From the human T2T-CHM13v2.0 reference genome, Homo sapiens, in assembly GCF_009914755.1 (NCBI RefSeq), contig NC_060936.1: a DNA stretch of 64,000 bases, one strand, 5' to 3'. The notes below the pieces were generated by a model. It saw only the letters and a program-made list of their open reading frames with translations, did not search any database and was not told the DNA's origin. A program made the translations under genes and the position numbers. Of the stretch, positions 41,300-54,190 are shown piece after piece (positions within the stretch are counted from its first letter, which is position 1; each line of letters opens with the position of its first letter).

Positions 41300-41725
41300 G
41301 TAGTGGACTATTCTCCAGCAATGAAAATGAATGAACTACAGCTACATGTGAGAGCATTGATCAATCTTTCAAACATCACAATGATTAAAAAAGACAGAAA
41401 TAATACACACTGTATGATTCATTTTATGAAGTTTAAATCTATGCAACTGTACACTACATTGTTAATTGGTACATAGATAGGTGGCAAAATTTATTAGGAA
41501 AGCCTGGAAGATAATTATCATAAAAGTCATAGTAGGGGTCATCTCTAGGTTGAATGTAGGTGGATGTAATTGGGAAGTGACATGGAAGGCTTCTGGGTGC
41601 TGGTAATATTTTTTTTCCTTGACCTAGGTGATAGTTGCATGCACACTTGATTTAATCATTAAATTGATCATTTATGCATATTTTCTATTTGTAGGTTCTA
41701 TTTCTAAATTTTAAAAAATGTTAAA
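41300..41725 (+). mobile_element. L1ME-like 3' end
   Basis: cagcaatgaaaatgaatgaactacagctacatg...tacacactgtatgattc...ggcttctgggtgctggtaatatt. Confidence 0.7.
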
Positions 41726-43054
41726 AGTACCTTTTGGCTAAATTTGTTTGGCATATGCATACTTAATGTGTGCAGTTCAAAACTCTAACTGCGTTGAAAC
41801 AAAAAAGTGGGGTTGGATCTACTGCCCTGCCTATAATCTCAAGTTCACACATAGGAATAACAGCTATTGATTTTTGAATTGGTGATATGGCCCAGGTTTC
41901 TACCAGATGCTTAAATACATTATTGTACATAATCTAGAGAAAAATCTGAGAAGTAGATATTATGTCCATTTTTCAAAAAAGAAAACAATATCTTGGTAAG
42001 GGCAGCTGCAAGGTCACACAACACTCAAACCCAGTCTGTCTGACTCTACACTTCCTCCTTAAAAAAGCCCTTGGCACAGGGGTCCTGAACATGAGCACAT
42101 TTCACCCATCTCCTGTGCTCTAGCCGGTCTAATCCAGATCAGGCAGCACCCAGGTCACCATCAGCACAAAAGCCCAATTGTTCAGGTTCTGTTCTCACTA
42201 AGGATGTGGCCCATTGCAGCCAATGGGGGACTTGGCCAAGCGTCAGGCACTGATGGAAGACTCCTCTCTTGGCTGCTGGCTGTTGACAAGCTAAGTGGCT
42301 GCCTCGGTCACGCCAGGATGTAATAAAGCTGCCCGGCACCCAGGATCTGCCGACGAAGAGAGTGCAAGGGCAGTGGAAAGAGACAGCCTCCAAATTCCAG
42401 GAATCACATGGTGTTTATTCTGAGGCCGGCCTCCCATCACCCACTCCACTGGAAGCTGCTGTTGTCTGGAAGGGCTCAGGCTGGAGAGAATCCAGATTAA
42501 ATAATAGTGTAATAAGGAGCACGTCTCTGTTTTGGTTTTTATAGACTGTGCCATTTCAAAGGGACAAGAGCAAAGTCTTCAAGGGCACTTATTGGGGTCC
42601 ACTGAACCATGATCTAATTAAATCCACTGGAGAAAAATATCTTGTTTAAAAAAAGGGAGGTCTGCATTGTTTTTTGGAGAAATTAGTTAGTCTTAAGATG
42701 GCACTTATTTTTGTGGGTACTAGAAAAACACAGACTGAATACTATATTGTTATTAGCAATTTCAAGAGGATGGGGCACAGAGAGGGACATTCTCAGTAAC
42801 GACAATGCTCACATTGACAAAACTCTTTGAAATTCATTATTGTGTTCTGCTCTCCCAACTGCTCCATAACATGAGGGGTCAGTTATCATTAGCTTCATTT
42901 TAAAGATGGAATTAAGAATCAAAGAGGATCTTTTCTAAAACTTATGCTTAGAAATCGAATTATTTTCTCATTTCTTCACATTCAAAATTAAGGAAGAGAT
43001 TTTGAGAAATGAAAGTTATGCTAATAGTAATACAAATACCATTGATAATATTAA

Positions 43055-43170
43055 GATGAAGAAGAAGGAGCAAGGGAAGGAGGAGGAGGAAGAAGAAAAG
43101 GAGGAGGAAGGGTATGGTGAGGAGAAAAATAAAAGAATGAAGGAGTTGTAAAATGAAGAAGAGGAAAACG
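43055..43170. repeat. GA-rich (GAA/GAG) low-complexity tract
   Basis: Direct reading. Confidence 0.85.
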
Positions 43171-45123
43171 TAAGAATAAATAGTAATGTTTATTGAGCAC
43201 CTACTGTGTGTAATGAATTGTGTGAGGTTCTTTCTTACCTAATCTTCCCTTGGAAAATTTGTCCCTCTGCAGTCCCAGAGGGGGCTGCCATACCTTTCCT
43301 CTGTGACCACATGTTGGATTCCTGGCCCAGGCTAAGCCAATTCAATTTCTTTGCCCTGGGAATTTGGAATGAGAGATTCTGAGATAATGACTGGGCACTG
43401 CTAAGGTTTGAACCACCTAATGCTGAGACTAGCACTGCCAAGTCTGGGGAGATTTTTAATAGGGCAAATAATACTCATCTACAAAGAAAGAAAAGAAAAC
43501 AGGAGACACTGAAAAAAAACAAAAAAAGTGGATAGGAGACTCCCAGAACACCCAAAAGAAAAGATCGAGGGAATGCCAGGCCCTTGTAAGGCTCAAATAT
43601 ATTTCCTCCTTCAAGCGATTTGAGAGCTTTCTAGACCTTTGCAATAAATGTCTTCTTACTTGAGTTAGAGTGGGTTTCTATCTCTCAGAACCAAATGATT
43701 AAGGCATCATCTCTGAGCCATTCATCAAGTTACCCAGGTTTTACTATTTGACAGAAAAAGCAACTGAAGCACAGTGTGAATAAGCTATATGCCCAGAGTC
43801 GCATCGTCAGCACCGCAGAACTGGGACAAGAATCAAGGTATCCTGGCGCCTAAAATCTCTTCCCTGCTAAAGGTGGTGGCTGAGGAAATATACAGCAGTT
43901 TGTACTCACATTCCTACTATTTGGCCACTTATTCTTTGGTTGCCAACAAAAAAACAAATTCCTATTCAAAGTCATGTAAACATTTTTTGAAGGAGTTTAT
44001 TTCTCATGTAAACTTAAGAAGAATATTGGAGAAATATAATTAGCTTTAGTCATGACTGCACTCAGGCACTTAAACCATATTGTCAGAACCTATAGTTATC
44101 CTTCGATCAGCTCTATTTCCTCTTAGTTGGCTTCATTCTGAAACTGGCCAAGATGGCTGCATATAAGCTCCAGGTTTATATCTTTCTAGGTTATCAGTCT
44201 TGGCTGGACAAAGAAAGTCACTTTACTCATAATTCTCCCAGACCTCTGAGAAGTGACTCTCATTGCGTGAATTCAAGTCACATGTTCATTCCTGAGCCAA
44301 TCACTAACCAGAAAAAAATGGCATGCTCTGATTGGTCAGAATTGTCATGTGCCCATTCTCAGCGCCAAAGGCGATAATCAGCTGACATTTCCCATATGGC
44401 TTGAGAATAGGGGAAGGGTGATAGTTCAAAGGGAACACTGCGGGGTTTTACCCAAAGAAAGGAAAGTGGATTCGAGAGGATAAAAGCAATAGCCATCCAA
44501 TACATGCTTGTTCAATCAGCTCCTATCATTGTAAAACATTTTCTAGAATTCTCATTTGGCTCAGTGGGATGGGTCGGGGATTTTAGAAATTACACAATTG
44601 TAGACTTTTTGAAATCAATGAGCTCATATTCCTCATTTTACAGTTAAGAAGTTAAATGACTTGCCTCAGGCACACATCTGTTGAGAAACCGAGCGGGGCT
44701 TGCTCTTGATACCCAGGGCTGGGACACCAGGCTGGCCGTGCACCTTAGAGTCTTCCTTCCCCGGACTCCTTTGACTTATCCAGCAACCGAGCATCTGGCG
44801 AGGTCAGAATTTCTCACCATTTCCCAACAAGATTTCTGGCATTGCTTTAACCAAAGGGGATATTCTAGACACTGTAACAAGATGATATTAGAAATCTAAA
44901 CGCAAAACAGGCTTTCCCACATCCCCATTCGTCAATTATGACTATATACCACAAATCATTTTTTCACATTTATAGACTTCAATATTACAAACTGGTCCTT
45001 TTAAAAAATTACATGTAAATAAGGAAAGGGACAGCCATGGTACTGACGCAATTGCTCTTTTGGATGTGCAATGAAGAGAGATCACCCAAATGAGTTATCA
45101 AATGAGATCTTGAACTGTTTTCT

Positions 45124-45434
45124 TCTTCTTCTTTTTTTTTTTTTTTTTTTTTTGAGACAGAGTCTCGCACTTATCGCCCAGGCTGGAGTGCAGTGGCGCG
45201 ATCTCGGCTAAGTGCAAGCTCCGCCTCCTGGGCCACGTCGTTCTCCTGCCTCAGCCTTCCGAGTAGCTGGGACTACAGGCGCCCGCCGCCACGCCCGGCT
45301 AATTTTTTTGTATTTTTAGTAGAGACGGGGTTTCACCCTGTTAGCAAGGATGGTCTTGATCTCCTGACCTTGTGATCCGCCCCCCTCGGCCTCCCAAAGT
45401 GCTGGGATTACAGGCGTGAGCCACCGCGCCCGGC
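45124..45434 (-). mobile_element. AluY with perfect 19-bp TSD
   Basis: TSD agatcttgaactgttttct at 45105-45123 and 45435-45453; many CpGs retained. Confidence 0.97.
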
Positions 45435-45534
45435 AGATCTTGAACTGTTTTCTAAAGAACTTCAAACATTCATTAATCACTATTTGCTTTTAATGGTTGT
45501 TTGCAGGCTGATGTAGAGAGTGATCTACTTAGAA

Positions 45535-45747
45535 CAAAGGTCATAAAGGGCCAGATTCAGCTCATCATCTTTTTTTTTGTAAGTAAAGTTTTATTGGAAC
45601 ATAGCACACCCATGTGTAAAGCGTTGTCTGTGGCTGCTTTTGCACTGCCAGGATTGAGCTGAGTAGTTGCAACAGAGACTTTATGGCCTGCAAAATCTAA
45701 ACTATTTACTGTCTGTTCCCTTAACAGAAAAAGTTTGCTGACTCCTG
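45535..45747 (+). mobile_element. MER58A hAT-Charlie
   Basis: taaagttttattggaacatagc...acagaaaaagtttgctgactcctg; 8-bp TSD acttagaa/atttagaa. Confidence 0.87.
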
Positions 45748-46618
45748 ATTTAGAATACTAGATTTCCAGAGCTAAAAGCATTCTTAGAATTTATTTCTTC
45801 TAGGGATTTCTAACTAGAGGACCATGGGCAGATTATAACACATAGATGTTAGGCTTTTATAGGCAGATACATTATTTAATTTTCTTTCAGATGAACCAAT
45901 TTTTAAACATAGATGTTGCATAAAACTTTAGATTTCCATCTTCTCTTAGATATTTCAAAGCTCTGGGAACGTGAAAGCATAGATACTGAGCAAACATTGG
46001 TAGGAGTTGAGAAATGGCTTCTCCTTTTTGATAGGGATGAGTTGATATACTTTTCTGTGGTTTTTATTTCTCTTTCTTGTGTCTTTATCATTGAAGCCAA
46101 GTCTCAATTGTTATGTATCATTGCACTTGTAGTCTCAAAGTCCTAAGAAATTAATCTGTGGTGATATTACTATAAAAAGAGGTAAAGTAAAACATTGCCT
46201 CTAATTGTTGCATTCTTTATGAAAACTGGTAGAGGAGACCTCTCACCATAGAAATGAAGAATATTTTTCTGGGCATAATAGGCAAATATGTGGCCCTTTT
46301 CACTCCCTATATTTGAGGAATTGAAGTTTATCACCCAGTGTTCAAGTGTGATGTCCTCATGGTTGAGACGAGAAAACTGAGACTCAGGGAAGCAATGAGA
46401 CTTGCTCAAGATCACACAATAAGTGGTAGACACAAACGAGAACCCAGGCTTACTAACTTTTGGTTCCATGTTACTTTATTGTTTGGCACCAATGGCTTTC
46501 ATTCAAGAGTCCTGTCTCATATCAGAATTAATGCTTCCTTCTTGTATCACATGTTTTGTAACCTCCCTTTACTATGCTGAAATGAAAATCATAGATAATA
46601 AGGCCTATACATATAATT

Positions 46619-46621
<3 letters not shown>

Positions 46622-46650
<29 letters not shown>
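46622..46650. repeat. (AC)n microsatellite
   Basis: Direct reading. Confidence 0.95.
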
Positions 46651-46655
<5 letters not shown>

Positions 46656-48174
46656 AATTGCAGTTCAAGTGAGAAACGAGGCAAAGAGGAGGCATAGCAA
46701 ATAATCCCATGTTGCACCTTTATGTAGAGCTGCTGTGAATACAGCACCCAATGGATATGGGTGTGCTATGCTGGCAACACAAATTGTGTTAATGGCATTG
46801 TCATGAGTGACATATTTTTCCATCTTGTCCTGAACATGGTCAAGTCCAACTTTCCCTTGGGTTACATGTGTGGAAAATCTGGGATACACTGCGACCGAGG
46901 AAAAAGGACTTGTGTTAATGAATAAAACAGGATTAGGTTATGGGCTCAGATAATTAACAGTGTTTTCACCTACATGAAAGTCTTGCAGGATACAGGGCAA
47001 TTTTTCACAGTATGAGATTGTCCTGTTTAATTATAGGATATCTGGCATCCCTGGCCCTTGCCTGCAAAATGCTAGTAGTGCCACCCCTGCATCACTGGGA
47101 CAATTAAAGTATGCTCCATACAAGCTTCTGACACTCCTTTTAGGGGATGATACTACTACCATGGAAACCCCCTGTTCTCAATTTTTCTTAGCTCCCTTCT
47201 GGGCTGTCTGGATGAATCTGTATAGCTGGAGAGATACCCCAAAGGACCATGGGATATTTTGAGCACTAGAAGCTATGCCTAATGACCCCAGTTCCAGGGG
47301 ATTTGCCCAGCCTGCTAATAAGGAGCATCCTGCAGTGATTACTTAGGAGTAGATTAAGGAGGAAATTCTGCAAAGACCTGGAAACAATATTGCAAATGCT
47401 CATGTGTGTACTCTCAAGCATAAGCAAGTCTCTCAGCGGAAACCAGTAAGAGTGGGGTCTAGAGAGCCAGTCCCCAAAGCTTTCAGCATGCAGGGAAATG
47501 ATGACCCCTGGGGGTATATCAACGGCCCAGGCATTAGGCAAAGCAGATCAGACAAGGCACTGCCCCGGGCAACAAGAGGGAGAAAGCTGGGCCTGTGGTC
47601 ACTGTTAAGCAAATGAGATGCACAAAAGTCCCCCAAATTCTGGGCGCTCCCTTGAACAGTGGCTTAAGAGAGTCCTCCAAGATGTTTTTACCACATGTGC
47701 AAGAAATTAAAATTAGGCTTAAGCTCATCTGAAGAGTCACTTTGACATGGCCCTGTGGTAGGAGCAAAGCTGCTTTTTGGATTTAGCAAACATCTTAAAC
47801 TATTTTCCAAATGATTTAGGTTCAGCAAGACCCAAAATGTTTTTTTTTTCCTTCAAGTACCTTTTCCCCCTCATTTTAAACCCTAGGGTATTTTGAAGAG
47901 AATTCAAGACACATGTTTCTGATTCATTTACACTTAACTCATCAACATGTTGTTTTGCAAGAGTCATTTGATGTCCAAGAAGACTTTTTGAAATATATAT
48001 TAAATGTATGTACACAGGCACATTTATATTTACATGGATATATATGTATACATAAATATGTGTGTATGTGTGTGTGAACAGTGCCAGCTTTTCAATGGTG
48101 AAAACAAAGAGTTTAGAACCATGCTTTTGTGAACATCTGTCTTGTTCATGCTGATAAATTACTTTGAAAACTCT

Positions 48175-48310
48175 CTCTTTGGAGAAATGTCTATTCAGCT
48201 CCATTGCCCATTTTGTAAACTGGTTTATTTGTAGTTTTTTGCTGTTGAGTTGTAGGAGGTTTTTAAAATATATTTTGGATATCAATGGTTTGTAAATATT
48301 TTCTCCCATT
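48175..48310 (-). mobile_element. Internal L1 ORF2 fragment without 3' end
   Basis: tttggagaaatgtctattcagctccattgcccatttt...aaatattttctcccatt (rc peptide KWAMELNRHFSKE). Confidence 0.75.
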
Positions 48311-49357
48311 TAAAATGTTAATATGTATCAAACATAAAATTAGACATTGGGAAAATGGGGCTGTTGCAATGAGCACAAAAACACAAAATCAGGTATTATC
48401 TGTGATATCTAGAGTCTGGTATAACTTCATCCAACATCTTATTGTATAGTCCTCAATTGTCACAATATCAGGACACTGTAGATTAAGGGACATTTAGTAA
48501 CTTCAAATGGTAACACTTTATAAAGAGGACGCTTTAGAATCTCAGGATACTCTCCAATCAACTTTATCTAAATGCTTGAAACAATAACAAGAAATTTATA
48601 TTTTAGACTTGCATTCCTAAAATATCCAGTAACTATCAGAGTGATAACCACCAATACTAAAATGTTATCCCAACATAATATAGTCAATATTCAATTTTTA
48701 TTGTAGCCCAGTATTTTGGAGCAAGTACTACCACAGAAGTATCTTTACCCCTAAGATAAAACAAAGATAATACAGCTGAACTAATACTATGACTTTTATC
48801 TACCAAGATGCATTTGATAAAAGTAGCATAAAGCTTGACCAATCATGGCATAAACAATGCAAATAGTTGATTATCTCACCTGTTATTATTATGAACAAAA
48901 AAATAAACATAACATGACTCTTGTCCTTATGTCTGCTTTCTGCAGAGTGAGTGAGCTTACATGAAATATTCCACCAAAGTGTGGATGGATTTGATTTGAC
49001 AAGACGGTGTCCAGGTGTTAAGATGGAGAGACAGAAAGGCAAGAAAATATCATAACTTCTAAGGTGTCATGGATCTGGCATTTCCAGTTGAAATCTCCCT
49101 CTCTTCCCCTGCTTCTCCTGTCATCTGATTTACAACTTCACTATATGGACCTAACGCAACAGAGAGTCCAAATGCACCCACTTAGCTAAAAGCCTTTGCC
49201 CAAGCTGTTCTGTCTGTTGAGGTCCTGTTGCAGATGCTGACGTTATGCCCATCATTTTCTCTACAAAGAGTCAGCCCAAATGCCTCAACCCCTTGAAGTT
49301 TTCCACAATCTTCCATATCAGTTAATTGCTCTTTGAATCTTTCTTCAGTAACATGAT

Positions 49358-49719
49358 TGCAATGGACTGAATGTTTATGACTCCCAAAATTCATATGTTG
49401 AAATTCTAATCTCCAGTGGAATGGTATGGCGAGGAGGGGCCTTTGGAAGGTGATTAGGTCATGAGGGTGGAACACTCATGAATGAGATTAGTGTCCTTAT
49501 AAGAAGGGCCCCAGAGAGCTCCCCAGCCCCTTCTGCTGTGTGAGGTTACATTGAGAATTCAGACATCTGTGAAGAAGCAGGATCTCCCCAGACATGGAAT
49601 GTGCTGGTGCTTTGATCTTAGACTTTCCATTCTCCAGAACCATAAGAAATAAATTTCTGTTATTTATAAGCAGTTCAGTTGATGTTATTGTGCTATAGCA
49701 TCCCAAAGAGATTGAGACA
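49358..49719 (+). mobile_element. MLT1A/A0 MaLR solo LTR
   Basis: tgcaatggactgaatgttt...ccaaaattcatatgttgaaa...ccagaaccataagaaataaatttctg...gagaca. Confidence 0.87.
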
Positions 49720-49849
49720 ACTACCATAACTACTACTATTAAACTTATTAATCATTATCTTGGATGATTTGGTAACCTTGTATCAAATCGTGTGCTGAGC
49801 ACTTTATACACATTATCTCATTTAATCCCCACAACCATTTATTGAGACT

Positions 49850-50005
49850 GTTACCATCATCATTATCTTTACCATCACTGCTATCATCATCATCCACACC
49901 ATTGTCTTCCCGTTTTCTTCTTTCTCCTCCTCTTCTTCTCTTCCTCCTCCTGTTCTTCTTCCCCCTTCTCCTCCTTCTCCTTTTTCTTTTTCTTCCTCAC
50001 CATTA
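49850..50005. repeat. (CAT)n grading into (CTT/CCT)n low-complexity tract inside a MIR
   Basis: Direct reading; MIR (-) sequence on both sides. Confidence 0.8.
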
Positions 50006-50348
50006 TTATTCTCACATTGTATGCAAGAAAACTGAGTCTGGAGAGGCCTAATAACTTACTCAAGCTCACAACTGAAGGAAGTGAATGAACTAGGACTTGA
50101 CTCCCAGTCTTTCGACTTGAACTTCTGTCTGCCAACTTCTCTGTCAGCCACTCTGCCTAGCAGCCTCCCTGCACACTGCTTCCCTGCACTGTGCTGCATG
50201 GCTAATGGTGCACCTGCTGCCTCCCTTGCCAGCCTATCAGATATTTACAGTGATTTTGTATGATTCACACCTAACCCTCATTTTGGGCCCTGAGCCAGGC
50301 ACACAGTAGGCCTGTGCTAAATATTAACACATTTTAAAAATTATTTTT

Positions 50349-50705
50349 TGTGGTACATATACACCATGGAATACTATGCAGCCATAAAAAGGAAGGAGAT
50401 CATCTTCTTTGCAGGGACATGGATGAAGCTGGAAGCCATCGTCCTCAGCAAACTAACACAGGAACAGAAAACCAAACACTATATATTCTCACTCACAAGT
50501 CGGAGTTGAACATTGAGACCACATGGACACAGAGAGGGGAACAACACACACCATGGCCTGTTAGGGGGTGGGGGGTGAGGGAAGGAAACCTAGAGGACAG
50601 GTCAATAGGTGCAGCAAACCACCATGGCACACGTATACCTATGTAACAAACCTGCACGTTCTGCACGTATATCCAGTTTTTTCTTTTAGAAGAAATAAAG
50701 AAAAA
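50349..50705 (+). mobile_element. L1PA 3' end
   Basis: tgtggtacatatacaccatggaatactatgcagcc...taggtgcagcaaaccaccatggcac; candidate TSD aaaaattaYtttt. Confidence 0.9.
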
Positions 50706-50714
50706 AATTACTTT

Positions 50715-51050
50715 TACATCATTCAGCCTTAAAAAAAGAAGGAAATCCTGTCATTTGTAATGACATGGATGAACGTGGGAGACATTGTGTTAACTGAAAT
50801 AAGCCAGTCTCAGAAAGAAAAATACTGCATAATCTCACTGACATGTGAGATCTAAAAAAGTTGAACTCCTGGAAGTAGAGAGTAGAATGGTGGTTACCAG
50901 AGGCTGGGGTTAGGGAAGGGAATGGGAGCTGTTGGTCAAAGGGTAGAAAGTTTGTTTTAAGCAAGATGATTAAGTTCAGGTGATCTATTGTGCAACATGG
51001 TGATTGTAGTTAATAACAATGTGTTGTATTCTTGAAAACTGCTTTAAAGA
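50715..51050 (+). mobile_element. L1MA/MB 3' end
   Basis: ttcagccttaaaaaaagaaggaaatcctgtcatttg...gagtagaatggtggttaccagaggctgggg. Confidence 0.85.
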
Positions 51051-53459
51051 CTTTTTTTGAATGGGCAAAACATTCACGTGGTTCATAAGGCAGAAAGGAG
51101 AATACAAATACAAAAAACAAACAAAAACAAAAACAAAAAAAACAAAACTCTCAATCCTGGCCCCTAGGCCTCTAACCACCCAGTTCCCATCTTCCTTGAG
51201 ATAATCAGTTATGTTAGTTTCTTATTTATCCTTCTAGAAATGTTTTATGTTCACACAAGGAAATACTTAAATGGACTATTTTCCCCTCTTTTTATGTGCA
51301 CGATAGTGTACTATAAATACTGGTCTGTGCCTTTATGTTAAGTATTACTGGTGCTGTTATTATTAGCTATTATTCAGCTTATTGAAAGGGTGATTTCAAA
51401 AAACAAACCTGTTACCTTTCTTTCCACACTCAGCAGAAAAATTTATTGAGGCGTGAGTCAAGTTGGAAGGAAAAGAATAATCTTCTCCTCCCAGCATCTC
51501 TATATGTTCATTGTTCTCTCCGTCCAATTAGACAGGAGTCCCTGTAGGACAGGCTTGGAATCTAATTTCCCAGTGCCCTCCACCCCACCCAAAACCCCCA
51601 GTGTCTGGCAAATCTGACTTAAATCCCAGAGGCAGAGGCTGAGGACCCAGGCTCCGATATTCTGAACACAGGATGGCTGGCAGCACTAACCCATGCTGTC
51701 TTTTACACATCTCAGCAGGTGGGTCAGAGGTCTTGTCAGGGGACAGTGGATTCAGGAGTTTAAAACTATGCAGAGACTTTTGGTCAATACCCAGTGGCTT
51801 CTGGATCTCCACATGGAATTCTAGTATTCACTTTCTTTGATCTTCTGTAAGCTCTCTCTAGTTTTATCTTTGATCAGCAATCTCACTTCCACTTTCTGTG
51901 TTGGTTGTCTGAAAGCCAGAGAGTTTCTGAGCAAATCTCTGAGCTTGTTGTTCCTTCCATCGAATGGGTTGGGAGGAAGGGTACACAAAGTACAATCTTT
52001 TTTTGCTTTTGGTGAAAAATTTTCCTCTTTCATTCTTATGGTAGCTTCTTGTAATCCTTACAATTTAAGGAAGGTGCGGTGGAGAAAGACAAAGTCGACC
52101 GGTTCCCCCAAAACAGCCTGCTGTTCCCTTTACATGAAGAAAGGCATTTCCTTTCGCCTGCTCTCCAACTGGGCTTCCCTCCCTTCTCCAAACCTCTTTT
52201 CTGTTTCTGTTCCACTTTTTATACCTTATGCCCCTGGTCTACCACCCAAGAGGTCTGGCATGGCACTTGCAGTCTCTGACTCGCAGTACATTTTTTCATA
52301 CTCCCTCTGCCTCTTGAGTCTAGCGGCTTGCCCACGCTAAAAACTGATTTTGCCATCAGCCACCTACTCAAGGTTACATTTTCCGGTGCAATTTCCTTTG
52401 AATAATCCCTCTCTCCCCTAAGCAATCTTCATGCCTGGAGTTTACACCTCTTGTTTTCCCACCCCTGCCCCCAGATCCCTCTCACCATAATTCCCTCTTT
52501 CCCTCCTCAGCAATGACTCTACTTTTCCAATGAGGATTTCCAATCTGTAATTGTTTGAGAGAGCTGATGTCTAAGCTTGCGGCTTCTGTTGAGTTGGTTT
52601 AGTTGGTTTCAGGGATCCAGACATTTGTATATGAATTTAAATTGTAGGGACACTCAGCCATGAAGGATTTTATGTACTGTTGGCATAGACCCACTTGCCA
52701 ACAAAGCTTCAAGACGTGTGTAGGTTTGGTAGAGTTATGTGGCATGTCTTGGAATGGTTTCTCACAGTTATGTAATTATTGGAAGAAAAAGGTTTGTGTG
52801 GGGTCTGTGTATATGTGTGTTTGTATGTATTTCCTGCTTCTTTGCTTTTCTTCTTTAAGAAAAAAAATCTTAATACAAAGGAATGTGTGAAAGGCACAAA
52901 TGTGAAAGCTCCAGGGCCTTTGGATAACTACTAAGGAGTAAAAGGCCAAAATATGTGTAGCACAATTGTCTCCGTTCAAGCGCTAACAAGATGGAACAAG
53001 TCTTCCACACTCCCTGGGGATCCTGGCAGAGCAGTCTGCTGGATCATTCCATCTCCTGAACTTCTTCATAATACTAATCCCAATCAGTATTAATTGGTAA
53101 GTATGTGCTTCATGAATGCCTTTCCTTCAAAAATAAAAGCCTTATGAGGGTAAGGTGCTTACCTTGATACTTAGTCACAATATTCCCAGTCTAGTAGAGT
53201 AGCTGACATGCAGTAGGAGCTTGGCAAACATCTGTTAAGGAGTGAATGAATCTGGGTTTATAATTGTATCCTAAGCTTCTAGCATGCTTGATATATAGGA
53301 GGAGCCTAACAGATATTTTTGAAATAAATGAATGACTCAAGGCTTCTCTCAGGTCAAACTGCTCATTTGTCTTTGGAGGGGTTTTGGATTATATCCTGAA
53401 TGTGGTGAGTGTCATGTTCTAGAAACTCCAAAGTCTATTACATTCCCTTGAAGAGAACA

Positions 53460-53553
53460 GATGGACAGATGTATAGGTAGTCAGGTAGGTAGGTAGATAG
53501 ATAGATAACATAGATAACATAGATAATAGATAGATAGATAGATAGATAGATAG

Positions 53554-53599
<46 letters not shown>

Positions 53600-53645
53600 C
53601 ATACATACATACATACATACATACATGCATACATACATACATAGA
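53460..53645. repeat. Compound STR (TAGG)/(TAGA)n/(TACA)n
   Basis: Direct reading. Confidence 0.97.
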
Positions 53646-54032
53646 CAGGTCTTTGGTTTTAGCAACTATTTAACTTAGTTGAATTTGGAGTGCAAGTACT
53701 CTCTCTCCTTTGGTAGGCAGAAACTCAATTCTCTGTACAGTTCTTTTAGCCTTTGCTAGACTTCTTGGAGTCCACCCATGTGTGTATGGTTCAGGAGCCA
53801 ACCAGAGATGTGAGTAGAGTTTACATACACAATCTGGAGGACTCCCTCTCTGGCTCTTTCCTTTCTGGACTGGTGCAATTGGTGCCTGCTCTCAGACTAG
53901 AATAGAAGCAATGAAAATAGGAAGCTCACTCAGTGCAGTTCTTTCCTTCCCAGTATCAACTCTTTTCTAGAATCTACCTGCTCTCAGTCACTCTCTAGTG
54001 CCTTCAGGTGATTATTTTATATTTTGTGCAAA

Positions 54033-54074
<42 letters not shown>

Positions 54075-54190
54075 ATATCTATCTATCTATCTATCTATCT
54101 ATATATCTATCATCTATCACCTATTATCTACCTATTCATATATATATATTCTACCTATCTGTCATCTAGCTATGTATCATCTATCTAACT
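54033..54190. repeat. (TCTA)n STR decaying 3'-ward
   Basis: Direct reading. Confidence 0.95.

Noticed and set aside
47800-48309. 169-aa ORF on the - strand
   Set aside because: Chimeric read-through of an L1 fragment, an AT/GT microsatellite and flanking DNA; no recognisable protein.
51837-52340. 167-aa ORF on the + strand
   Set aside because: Non-ATG start, Ser/Leu/Phe-rich composition typical of T-rich non-coding DNA, no domain or splice support.
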